Assembly: GCA_025999395.1 (NCBI GenBank) | Contig: AP024682.1 | Coordinates: forward strand, 468,680-532,679 | Direction of reading: 5' to 3' | Length of the DNA: 64,000 bases | From: Candidatus Parcubacteria bacterium | GTDB lineage: Bacteria; Patescibacteriota; Minisyncoccia; UBA6257; JAGOQP01 | In this document: in pieces, positions 40,060 through 48,794 of the stretch | Numbering within the stretch: the first letter of the stretch is position 1 | How the letters are laid out: each line of letters opens with the position of its first letter | Notes under the pieces: model-generated | Told to the model about the DNA's origin: nothing | The model's input: the letters and a program-made list of their open reading frames with translations, nothing else | The model's database searches: none | Translations under genes and position numbers: made by a program

Positions 40060-40938
40060 CTAAACCTCGCTAAAAATCCTTAACTTTTCTAAAACCACCT
40101 TTTCTACTTCATAAACCACCTCTGGAAGCAATTTATAGGGAACAATTTCATTAGGATGAGATAAAAGCGCCAAATCTAAACCTCTTTTCCAAGCTACTCT
40201 TAATTCCGTGCTGATATGAATAATAGAAGCTCCCGCTTTGATAGCAAGCTTAAGTTGCTCATTTGAAATTCCTGAGCCGCCATGAAGGACTAAAGGAACC
40301 CCGGCTACTTTTTTTATCTCGCTAATTCTTTCAATATCTAAACTAGGATTTAAAGCGCCCGCTAGCATTCCATGAAGATTTCCTACCGCTGGAGCCAATA
40401 AATCAATATTAGTTTCGCGAACAAATCTTTCCGCCTGCTCAGGAGTAGTTAAATCTTCTCTTTTAATGGCCGCTCCTTGGGGAATATCTTCTAAAATAAC
40501 CGAGCCACTACCAATGTAACCTAATTCTCCTTCTATCAAAATTTCCGTACCTTTTTGCTGATTATAATTTTTAACAAACTCAGCCGCCTCCTTAGTAAGC
40601 CTAAGATTTTCTTCAAAATCTTTTTGACCAGCATCAAAAAGAATAGCATCAAACCCTGCTTCCGCCGCTTCTTTAACCCTCTCTAAAGAATGAGTGTGAT
40701 CAGCATTCAAAAAAATAGGAAGGTTGTATTCCTCTCTCAAGCTTTTAATTAAAGCAACTGTCTGCTTTACCCCCAAAAAATCTCTTTCTCCCTCTGAGAC
40801 TCCAATAATCACCGGCAAATTAAGCTTTTGAGCAGCAGAAACAATCCCTTTTAAAATCGAAAAATCCGAGATGTTAAAATGACCGAGCGCTTGGCCTTTT
40901 TCGTGAGCTTGTTGAATAGCTTCTTTTAAAGTTATCAT
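40060..40938 (-). CDS. fba: class II fructose/tagatose-bisphosphate aldolase
   Basis: ALGHFNI, metal-binding HxH, LVLHGGSGI motifs. Confidence 0.85.
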   Translation of the reverse strand: MITLKEAIQQAHEKGQALGHFNISDFSILKGIVSAAQKLNLPVIIGVSEGERDFLGVKQTVALIKSLREEYNLPIFLNADHTHSLERVKEAAEAGFDAILFDAGQKDFEENLRLTKEAAEFVKNYNQQKGTEILIEGELGYIGSGSVILEDIPQGAAIKREDLTTPEQAERFVRETNIDLLAPAVGNLHGMLAGALNPSLDIERISEIKKVAGVPLVLHGGSGISNEQLKLAIKAGASIIHISTELRVAWKRGLDLALLSHPNEIVPYKLLPEVVYEVEKVVLEKLRIFSEV

Positions 40939-41004
40939 TTTTCTTTTTAGTAGATTTTAAATCTTTGAAATTGGAATTTAAAAAAATATTGAAAACTTAA
41001 TTTT

Positions 41005-42270
41005 CTACTTTGACCAAATATTTTCCGGATCAAGGTAACCTTTAATGAGATTTTCTTTAATTAATTCCTCCATCTTTTCCCAGCCAACAAAAGAAGCAAA
41101 AATTTTATTCCACAGAGATTCTTGATGATGGTAAAGATATTTTACCATCTCCTTATTTTGGACCAAAGACATCGTGATATCAACCAGATTAAAGCTCACC
41201 AATACTTCTACTCCCGTTTCGGTAACAAAATAATCTCCCACCCAGTTAAGATCTTGCCAAAAATCAAAATTTTTTAATCCTAAAGAGTTTCCCAAAAGAG
41301 AAATACCCCTTTCGGCTTTTTCCCAGTGAAGAGCTTCGGGGTTCACATGAGGAAAACTCAGGCGCCAATCATTTTCATCATCTTTAGCTAAGTATCTTTG
41401 AATAATGAGCCAGTGATTATCTTTAACAGCATTGCGATCATCAATAACATCTCCCCGAATAAGAGAAGATAAAATGTCAGCAAAGACTTTCTCTGGCTGA
41501 AGAGCAGCCTTCTTAAAAAGTTCTGAATAAAAAGAAACTTCATTAAGATAATGAATAAGTAAGGCAACTGTTCTCATCAGCTGTCCCTTGGCTTCTATTT
41601 TGGTTGGAAGAATAAAAATTACTCCCAGTTCCTTAAGATGACTAATATTGTGATATTTCTTCTTCATAAAAGAAGTGGCAATCTCCTGCCATCTTTGATC
41701 TAAAGTAATAATTTCAATTTTTCTTTCTTCAAAATCCGAGGGAGATAAAGAAAGATAATGAGGCAAAAGTTTTTGATTTATCCAATCCCCTCCCTCCACA
41801 AATCTTAAAGCTGCTCCAATTTCCTTCCAGTCGTAGCGCTCAAACATTTGAGTAACCGAATCCAAACCCAACACTTCTAGAAGCTTTTGAGGAGGTTGAG
41901 CTTCAAGAATTCTAATAAAGCTTTCTTTCTTTAAAAAAAAGCCGTCAGGGAAAGAAAAGCTCTTTTCTAAGTAAGAGACAATGTCTAAACAACCTTGATG
42001 AAGATGACAATCAGGATAATTCATTGCCCGATTCAGAGAAGCATCATCTTTTTCCAGACGAGTTATTAAAGCCTGATAAACCTCTTTTGCCGAAGCAGAG
42101 AAAGAAAGATTAAGATCGGCTAAAACTTGCTTAATTCTTTCTTCGTTTTCCTTAGCAATTGTTTCAATAACTTTTGATTTCTTTGACAATCTCCCCAAGT
42201 AAGCCTCCAAAAAATAAATCACATCCTTATCGGTTCTTAAGATTCGAGCAATTTTTCTTAAATAATCCAT
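41005..42270 (-). CDS. hypothetical protein (421 aa) embedded in sugar-phosphate metabolism cluster
   Basis: Long ORF, no recognisable family; flanked by fba and pfkB-family kinase on the same strand with short gaps. Confidence 0.55.
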   Translation of the reverse strand: MDYLRKIARILRTDKDVIYFLEAYLGRLSKKSKVIETIAKENEERIKQVLADLNLSFSASAKEVYQALITRLEKDDASLNRAMNYPDCHLHQGCLDIVSYLEKSFSFPDGFFLKKESFIRILEAQPPQKLLEVLGLDSVTQMFERYDWKEIGAALRFVEGGDWINQKLLPHYLSLSPSDFEERKIEIITLDQRWQEIATSFMKKKYHNISHLKELGVIFILPTKIEAKGQLMRTVALLIHYLNEVSFYSELFKKAALQPEKVFADILSSLIRGDVIDDRNAVKDNHWLIIQRYLAKDDENDWRLSFPHVNPEALHWEKAERGISLLGNSLGLKNFDFWQDLNWVGDYFVTETGVEVLVSFNLVDITMSLVQNKEMVKYLYHHQESLWNKIFASFVGWEKMEELIKENLIKGYLDPENIWSK

Positions 42271-42277
42271 AAAAAAG

Positions 42278-43357
42278 TTATTTTAACTTTTTTATTAAAA
42301 TTTTAAGATTTTTCCATCTCTTTTGATGAGAAAAGTCTTTGGCGGTTAAAATTCCTTGATTAGCTCCCAAGTGTTCAATAACTGAAGTAGCGTTGGCACT
42401 AGCTTTTTTTAAGGCGTAAAAGATTTGTTTTTGATCGAAGAAGCCGTTTTTCTTGTAATTTTTATCCTTTGAAAAAAAATTTTTCTTTTCCCATTCTAAC
42501 AAGCCGGCCACAAAGCCACTGCCAAAAGCATCACCAGCACCCGTTCGATCAACAACTCTTTTTTCTTTAAAAACACCCGCTTGGTAAAGAATTTTTCCAT
42601 CAGAAACATAGGCTCCTTTTTCTCCATCAGTCATAACTGCCACCCCAGAAACAGATTCATCCAATTTTTTAAAAATCTCTTTTGTTTTCAAGTAGTTAAT
42701 TCCTGTTAAATAAGAAGCTTCTTCTCGATTAAGAAAGACCACTTGGCACCAGTTAAAAATTTTTCGAAGACGACGAATCCCTTTCTCTAACATATCCTTA
42801 GAAGGATTAAGAGCAATTTTGGCTCCTCTTTTTTTAAGAAGAGAAAGGACTCTTTCTATTACAGGAAAAGGAATACTTCCAGAGGCTACATAAACCCAAG
42901 AAGCAAAAAGTTTATCGTAAGGTATTTCTTTTAAAGTAATTTGACCTGAGCATCCTCGACTGACTAAAACTGTTCTTTCTCCCGTTTTATTAAGCAAGAT
43001 AAAAGACTGGCCTGATGACCTTTTTTTATCAACGATCACTAAGGGAGTAATTTTTTCTTTCTTGGTATTTTGAAGAATCAACTTTCCCCAATAATCATCG
43101 CCAATATTAAAGAGAGTGGCCGTTTTAAATCCGTGGCGAGCAAAAGTTACCGCCGCGTTGAAAGCTCCTCCTCCAATAGAAACAAAAGGCTCTGCTATCT
43201 CAATTTTAGAACCCAAAGAAAAACACTGAGCCTTTCCGGTTTTAAACCCTAAAAGAGAAAGGTGGCGAAAATCACTGATTGTTTTAAAATCATTTTTAAT
43301 AAAAACATCAACAGTAGCAGTTCCAATAGTTAAAACATCGAACTTATTTTTATTCAT
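42278..43357 (-). CDS. PfkB-family carbohydrate kinase (ribokinase-like fold)
   Basis: N-terminal GG dipeptide region, C-terminal TGAGDAFGSGFVAGLL anion-hole motif. Confidence 0.8.
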   Translation of the reverse strand: MNKNKFDVLTIGTATVDVFIKNDFKTISDFRHLSLLGFKTGKAQCFSLGSKIEIAEPFVSIGGGAFNAAVTFARHGFKTATLFNIGDDYWGKLILQNTKKEKITPLVIVDKKRSSGQSFILLNKTGERTVLVSRGCSGQITLKEIPYDKLFASWVYVASGSIPFPVIERVLSLLKKRGAKIALNPSKDMLEKGIRRLRKIFNWCQVVFLNREEASYLTGINYLKTKEIFKKLDESVSGVAVMTDGEKGAYVSDGKILYQAGVFKEKRVVDRTGAGDAFGSGFVAGLLEWEKKNFFSKDKNYKKNGFFDQKQIFYALKKASANATSVIEHLGANQGILTAKDFSHQKRWKNLKILIKKLK

Positions 43358-43381
43358 TGATTATTTTTTAGAACAAAATTT

Positions 43382-44377
43382 TTATAGCTTTCTTTTCAAA
43401 ACTTTTTTAGTAGCCAAGATGATATCCTTCACATCCAAGTGATATTTTTTCCAGAGCTCGTAAATTTTTCCTGATTGACCAAAAACATCTTTAATTCCTA
43501 CAAACTCCATCGGTACTGGATATTCTTGAGCCAACACTTCTGCAACTGCTGAACCCACTCCTCCCAAAACATTATGCTCTTCTACCGTTACCACTGCTTT
43601 TGCTTTCTTTGCCCAATCAACAATTGCTTTTTTATCTAAAGGTTTAATCGTATGAAGATTAATCACCACACTTTTTATCTTCTGGTTTTCTAATTCTTTA
43701 GCGGCTAAAAGAGCATTGTAAAGCAGGGGCCCAGCTCCAATAATGGCTACATCTAAAGTCTTCCCTTTAGAAATCCAAAGAGGATAACTTTTTCCAAAAA
43801 CAAAAGGTGTTTCTGGAGTAGTTAAAAGAGGGGTTTTTTCTCGCGCCAAACGAAGATAGACCGGTCCCCAAATAAAAACTGAAGCCAATGTTGCTTTTCT
43901 TGCTTCTTCAGCATCACAGGGAACCACCACTTTCATATTAGGTATTGAACGCATTAAAGCGATATCTTCAATTGCTTGATGAGTAGCACCATCAGGTCCA
44001 GTAGAAATTCCGGCGTGATGGCCAGCGATTTTTACATTAGCATCGTTATAAGCAATAGTAGTTCTAATTTGCTCCCAATTTCTGCCCGGAGAAAAAGTAG
44101 CGTAAGAATTAATGAAAGGAATTTTCCCAGAAATTCCTAATCCTGCGGCAATTGCCGCCATATTTTGTTCAGCCACTCCACATTCAATAAATCTTTCCGG
44201 ATAAACTTTTTTAAACCACTGGCAGCGGGTAGATTCTTCCAAATCAGCGGTTAAGACAACAACATTCCTTTCTTTTCCGGCTTCCAAAAGGCCTTTGCCG
44301 TAGCCATCCCGCAAAGCTTCCTGACCAGGATCTTTATCGAAGATTTTATGATTAGGATAAATTTCCAAATTAAGCAT
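43382..44377 (-). CDS. transketolase, C-terminal subunit (pyrimidine-binding and C-terminal domains)
   Basis: Homology to split-transketolase subunit B; EQNM motif in VAEQNMAAIAAGL. Confidence 0.85.
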   Translation of the reverse strand: MLNLEIYPNHKIFDKDPGQEALRDGYGKGLLEAGKERNVVVLTADLEESTRCQWFKKVYPERFIECGVAEQNMAAIAAGLGISGKIPFINSYATFSPGRNWEQIRTTIAYNDANVKIAGHHAGISTGPDGATHQAIEDIALMRSIPNMKVVVPCDAEEARKATLASVFIWGPVYLRLAREKTPLLTTPETPFVFGKSYPLWISKGKTLDVAIIGAGPLLYNALLAAKELENQKIKSVVINLHTIKPLDKKAIVDWAKKAKAVVTVEEHNVLGGVGSAVAEVLAQEYPVPMEFVGIKDVFGQSGKIYELWKKYHLDVKDIILATKKVLKRKL

Positions 44378-44420
44378 AAGAAAAAGTTTTGATTAAAAAC
44401 TTTTTATCTCTTTAAAATTC

Positions 44421-44753
44421 TTACAAACTCTTTTTAGCTAATCTCCAATGGTAAAGAAATAAAGGCGTCCCTACCAAAATCATTGCCAAAGCATTGGCTG
44501 CCTGCCGCTGACGTCGACTAGCCAAATCGTTTTTTTGAAACTCTTCCAACTCTTTAGGATCGGGCTCTTTTAAAGTATTTTCTTTTTCAGAAATAACTTT
44601 TGGCGCCGGATAATTGTAGTAAATATCGGCTTTAGTAAAAACCCAGGTTTTTAAAGCAAGATTAGTAAGCTGAACTCCCCCTATAATTAACAAAACCAGT
44701 CCCACTGCTGAAAAAAGATAAATGTAAATTTTTTTCACCCATTCGATATTCAT
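44421..44753 (-). CDS. hypothetical small membrane protein (2 TM) between the transketolase subunits
   Basis: 110-aa ORF with two hydrophobic helices, same strand, tight spacing. Confidence 0.45.
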   Translation of the reverse strand: MNIEWVKKIYIYLFSAVGLVLLIIGGVQLTNLALKTWVFTKADIYYNYPAPKVISEKENTLKEPDPKELEEFQKNDLASRRQRQAANALAMILVGTPLFLYHWRLAKKSL

Positions 44754-44775
44754 ATTTTTAAAAAATTAATTTTAT

Positions 44776-45633
44776 TTAATCGTGTTCCGATTTAATTTTC
44801 CCTCCCAATCGACGCAGTTGACGCAAAGCTTCTTTGGCTTGTTCTTTGGTAGGAGGAATTCCATGCCATTGATACTTTTGCTCCATAAAGCTTACTCCTT
44901 TACCCGGGATAGTGTGAGCAATAATCACCGTTGGCTTTTCATAGACAGCTTTGGCTTCTAAAACTGCTGCTACAAATTCTTCTATGTCGTGGCCGTTAAC
45001 ATCGATTACATTCCATCCAAAAGCTTGATATTTATCTCGCAAAGGTTCCAGAGGCATAACATCTTCTGTGTAGCCATCAATTTGAATGTTGTTTCTATCT
45101 ATAATAGCAGTTAAGTTGCTTAAGCGGTTTTTTCCTGCAAACATTACCGCTTCCCAAACATTTCCTTCTTGATGCTCACCATCAGACATAATTACATAGG
45201 TGTGATAGCGCGCCCCATCTAGCCGAGCCGCTAAAGCTACTCCAATTGCCTGAGAAAGACCGCTTCCCAAAGGTCCAGAAGTAGTTTCTACTCCGGACAA
45301 ACTTTTGCGATGAGGATGCCCTTGAAGACGAGAACCAAGTTTTCTTAAAGTTTTTAATTCTTTCAAAGGAAAATATCCCGCCCGCGCTAAAGTAGCATAA
45401 AGAATGGGACAAATATGCCCATTAGAAAGAATTAGCCTATCTCTTTGAGGCCAAGAAGGTTCTTTGGGCCGATGGTTTAAAATAAAAAAATACATTGCAG
45501 CAAAAACTTCTGCCATTCCCAAAGGCCCTGCTGAGTGCCCGGAGCCAGCCTCAGTTAGCATTTCAATCACATCTTCCCTAAGACGATTAGCGGTTTTATA
45601 TAGTTCTTTTAGGCGATGATAAGAAAGAAGCAT
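44776..45633 (-). CDS. transketolase, N-terminal subunit (TPP-binding)
   Basis: GSGHSAGPLGMAE, GHPHR-type motif, GVETTSGPLGSGLSQAIGVA, GDG TPP-binding motif. Confidence 0.85.
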   Translation of the reverse strand: MLLSYHRLKELYKTANRLREDVIEMLTEAGSGHSAGPLGMAEVFAAMYFFILNHRPKEPSWPQRDRLILSNGHICPILYATLARAGYFPLKELKTLRKLGSRLQGHPHRKSLSGVETTSGPLGSGLSQAIGVALAARLDGARYHTYVIMSDGEHQEGNVWEAVMFAGKNRLSNLTAIIDRNNIQIDGYTEDVMPLEPLRDKYQAFGWNVIDVNGHDIEEFVAAVLEAKAVYEKPTVIIAHTIPGKGVSFMEQKYQWHGIPPTKEQAKEALRQLRRLGGKIKSEHD

Positions 45634-45636
45634 AAG

Positions 45637-46269
45637 TTAAATTTTTTTCAATTCCCAAAATCTTTCTTGGGGGTTTTTTGATTTCCAAATATAAGAAGAA
45701 GAAACAATTATATTTGCACCTGCTTTTTTTACTTTTTGCGCTACTTCTGGATTAATGCCTCCATCTACTGATATTGTAGCATAAGGATACTTTTTTCTCA
45801 AAAATTTAATAATTTTTAAGGCTTGAGGGCTAAATTTTTGAGCTGAGGGACCGGGAGAAACAGCTAACACCTGAATAAACCTAATCCCTTGAGGAAGAGA
45901 AAACCGAGAAGAAAAATAATCAGCTTCTACCACTACTCCTAAAATTTTTTTATGCTTTCGAGCTGCTTTTTTTAAAAAATTCCAATCTTCTACCTGACGC
46001 CAATAAAAGAGTAACCTTTTAAAAGGAGAATGAAACCAACCAAGGTTATAAATTTCTTCCTTATTTATCATCAAATCCCCTTCAAATTTAAAATAATCAG
46101 AGTATTTTCTTAGAATTTTAAAATCAAAAAAAGAATGACTTCGGGCAAAAGGCTTTTGAGAAATATCAATACTTACCCAAGAATTTTTTGGAAGAAAAGA
46201 TTTAGCTAGCGAAAGTCTTTTTTCAAAACAGCCTTTGGTTGAGCAATTAATTACCGGAAAAACCTTCAT
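45637..46269 (-). CDS. ribulose-phosphate 3-epimerase-like protein with divergent N-terminal half
   Basis: C-terminal half matches RPE (VLAVSPGPSAQKFSP, ISVDGGI, AGANIIVSSS); canonical His/Asp metal ligands in the N-terminal half appear substituted. Confidence 0.55.
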   Translation of the reverse strand: MKVFPVINCSTKGCFEKRLSLAKSFLPKNSWVSIDISQKPFARSHSFFDFKILRKYSDYFKFEGDLMINKEEIYNLGWFHSPFKRLLFYWRQVEDWNFLKKAARKHKKILGVVVEADYFSSRFSLPQGIRFIQVLAVSPGPSAQKFSPQALKIIKFLRKKYPYATISVDGGINPEVAQKVKKAGANIIVSSSYIWKSKNPQERFWELKKI

Positions 46270-46274
46270 AAAAA

Positions 46275-46742
46275 TTACTCAAAGTAATTAAGAGTCTTTG
46301 CTTCTAAGTCGTTTAATTTTTCTAATCGCCTTTGATGATGAGGATTTTGATCAAATTGAGTTTGTAACCAAACAAAAACAATTTTTTTAGCCACTTCTTC
46401 ATCAAGAAAATCAGCCGGCAAAACCAAAACATTAGCATCATCATGAGCACGAGCAAGCATTGCCTGATCAGGAGAAAAACACAAAGAGGCTCTCACATTT
46501 CTAAATTTGTTAGCAACCACATCCATCCCCACTCCCGAGCCACAGATTAAAATTCCTTTGCCAAAAGAAGGATCTTTGCTTACCTCTTTCGCAACCGCAA
46601 TCGCAAAATCAACATAATCATCGCTTTCGTCCTTCTCTTTATTTCCAAAATCGGCTACTTCATACCCAGCATCTTTAAGATGTTTCTTTAAAGATTCTTT
46701 TAAGAAGAATCCGCGATGATCAGCAGCAAGATAGATTAACAT
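46275..46742 (-). CDS. rpiB: ribose-5-phosphate isomerase B
   Basis: LacAB_rpiB fold motifs ILICGSGVGMDVVANK. Confidence 0.85.
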   Translation of the reverse strand: MLIYLAADHRGFFLKESLKKHLKDAGYEVADFGNKEKDESDDYVDFAIAVAKEVSKDPSFGKGILICGSGVGMDVVANKFRNVRASLCFSPDQAMLARAHDDANVLVLPADFLDEEVAKKIVFVWLQTQFDQNPHHQRRLEKLNDLEAKTLNYFE

Positions 46743-46771
46743 AACTTTATTATAACTTAGTTTCTAAAATT

Positions 46772-46807
46772 AACAAAAACTACTCCCTGCCGGGAGATAG
46801 TTTTTGT
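46772..46807 (-). terminator. long imperfect hairpin / terminator candidate between the secreted-protein gene and rpiB
   Basis: AACAAAAACTACTCCC-TGCC-GGGAGATAGTTTTTGTT inverted repeat. Confidence 0.4.
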
Positions 46808-46832
46808 TAATTTGAAATCGCTAATCTAGCAG

Positions 46833-48602
46833 TTAACGAATCTTCTCTAAAATTTCAAGAAGAAGAGATTTGGCCGATTCCAAAACACTCGCCATTTGAC
46901 CTTCAATTGAATCACTAGAAGAATTTTGCTCTAATTTTTCTTCACCTGTTTCTCCTACATTTACACTAATACTAGTTTTTGCACTAGCTCCTTTGTCATC
47001 AGTTACTGTAAATGTTGGGTTATAGATTCCCGCTTTACTATAAGAATGAGTAAAGGTTGCTGATTGCTGGAAGGAAGCAGAAGAAGGAGCTGCTTGCATT
47101 CCTGTTGCTGTAGCTTCATCTCCCCAAATTACCGAATAACGCAAACTTCCATTTTCTGGATCAGAAGCTTTAACTGTCCAGGTTCCCTGTTGATTAACTG
47201 AAAGAGTAGTTGGACCATCAACTTCATGAATTACTGGAGGTTGATTAGCGGTGGTAGTGCCGCTTGTAATTTTGAAGTAACCGTCACTAGAATCACATCT
47301 ATCGTTTGTCTCACTTTGACAAACTTGAATTCTATAAGAACCATCAGGTGCTATAATGCTTGTACCACTATAATTTATAACCTTGCCAACCGACCACTTG
47401 TACGAAAAACCTTCTACTTTTTTAGCAATAACATAAGGCATGACAGCATACATCGGACAAACGCTTCCTGTACAAGGCTGAAATTCCGGAATTAACCTGA
47501 TATCCCAGAATTTTGGTGCTGGAGGAGAACATTCGGCTCCCGATGGGCAGCTTGGCACAGGTGTATTATCTCGCCAGTTAATTACTTGCGTTGTTCCCTT
47601 TACCCAAGTTTCTCCTCCGTTAGGAGAAAGAACAGTAACAACAGAAGAGGTAGGTAAAGAAGACCCCTCGTAAGCTTCAACCTCATAAGCTACAAGGCCG
47701 TTAAAGCCGCCTTCCAATTTTATGTATTCAAGATACCCCTTAATCACTACTTGCTGATTTTCCAGCTTTTTAAGTTTTTCTAAAACATTATCATTAGCCG
47801 CTTTGACACGATAAAGTACCGATACTGGCAAACAAGGAGCTTTTACACAAATAACCTGCTCTTGTGTGGAAAGAGTGTGGGTTCCCCACATATAAATACT
47901 TGGTTCCGCTGCCTTCAAGAAACCAATAAATCTCTTCATCATTCCCCTTTCCAATGGTGGTTGTGAAGGAGTAATTCCTCCTGTTTCGGGAGGCATTACT
48001 TTTGGTGGAACACCCGGAGAAATTGTTTCACAGCCATACAATGCATTTAACTTTGCTCGAGTTGATTTACCAACAAGCCCAGTAGGATATTTTAATCCCA
48101 AAGGATCAAGAATTTCGCTGCGATATTTTTCTTGAAAACCACTTACTGCTGACGCAGTCGCTTCGCCAAACACTCCTGATTCTCTTTCTTCTCTTAAATT
48201 AAAACCCTCAGCTTCTAAAATTCTTTGAAGAGCTAAAACTGCCTCGCCCCGGCTTCCTAAAGAAAGATTAAAGTTAAAGTTATAACACAATCGGTTATCC
48301 CTCGAAGGAGGAACAACAACTCCCATCGGTGGCACTTTTGTTGCCGAGGAATCAAAAGTTTTTCCTTCTTCTTTTAAAGAATCTTCCTTACCCCCTTCTC
48401 TTACAGGCGGTCCCAAAAAGATGGGAGTTTTCAATGAGGCTCGCACCTGCTGAAGTTGAGCTTGTAGTTGAGAAACCATTCTCATTAATTCTTGAATTTT
48501 TGCCTCCAAAGAAGTTAGCTCACTTTGAGCAAAGGCTTTCCCTTGAAAGAAAGCTACACCCAAGCCAAGAACAATTACAAAAAACAAAAATTTTTTAGTC
48601 AT
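46833..48602 (-). CDS. secreted protein with peptidoglycan-binding domain and C-terminal Ig/PKD-like region
   Basis: Signal peptide; PG_binding_1-like LGSRGEAVLALQRILEAEGF..GVFGEATASAVSGFQ; beta-rich C-terminus. Confidence 0.6.
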   Translation of the reverse strand: MTKKFLFFVIVLGLGVAFFQGKAFAQSELTSLEAKIQELMRMVSQLQAQLQQVRASLKTPIFLGPPVREGGKEDSLKEEGKTFDSSATKVPPMGVVVPPSRDNRLCYNFNFNLSLGSRGEAVLALQRILEAEGFNLREERESGVFGEATASAVSGFQEKYRSEILDPLGLKYPTGLVGKSTRAKLNALYGCETISPGVPPKVMPPETGGITPSQPPLERGMMKRFIGFLKAAEPSIYMWGTHTLSTQEQVICVKAPCLPVSVLYRVKAANDNVLEKLKKLENQQVVIKGYLEYIKLEGGFNGLVAYEVEAYEGSSLPTSSVVTVLSPNGGETWVKGTTQVINWRDNTPVPSCPSGAECSPPAPKFWDIRLIPEFQPCTGSVCPMYAVMPYVIAKKVEGFSYKWSVGKVINYSGTSIIAPDGSYRIQVCQSETNDRCDSSDGYFKITSGTTTANQPPVIHEVDGPTTLSVNQQGTWTVKASDPENGSLRYSVIWGDEATATGMQAAPSSASFQQSATFTHSYSKAGIYNPTFTVTDDKGASAKTSISVNVGETGEEKLEQNSSSDSIEGQMASVLESAKSLLLEILEKIR

Positions 48603-48794
48603 ATTTTTAATTAAAAATAATCAATAATAAAAAGTTAAGTTGAATAAATTTAAAAACGACCTTTGAAAAATCATTTTGAAGATTATAGCAGAATGCCTAA
48701 ATTTTACTACTTCCCTCTATAAAAACCAATATTCTGCTCTCGGTAGTGAATAAAAATCTCCCTATAATATAAATGTCAAGGGTTAGTTAACGTT

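Noticed and set aside
48689-48750. 8-bp inverted repeat AGCAGAAT..ATTCTGCT with about 44-nt loop upstream of the 769-aa secreted protein gene
   Set aside because: A short stem with a very large loop in AT-rich intergenic DNA is likely chance.
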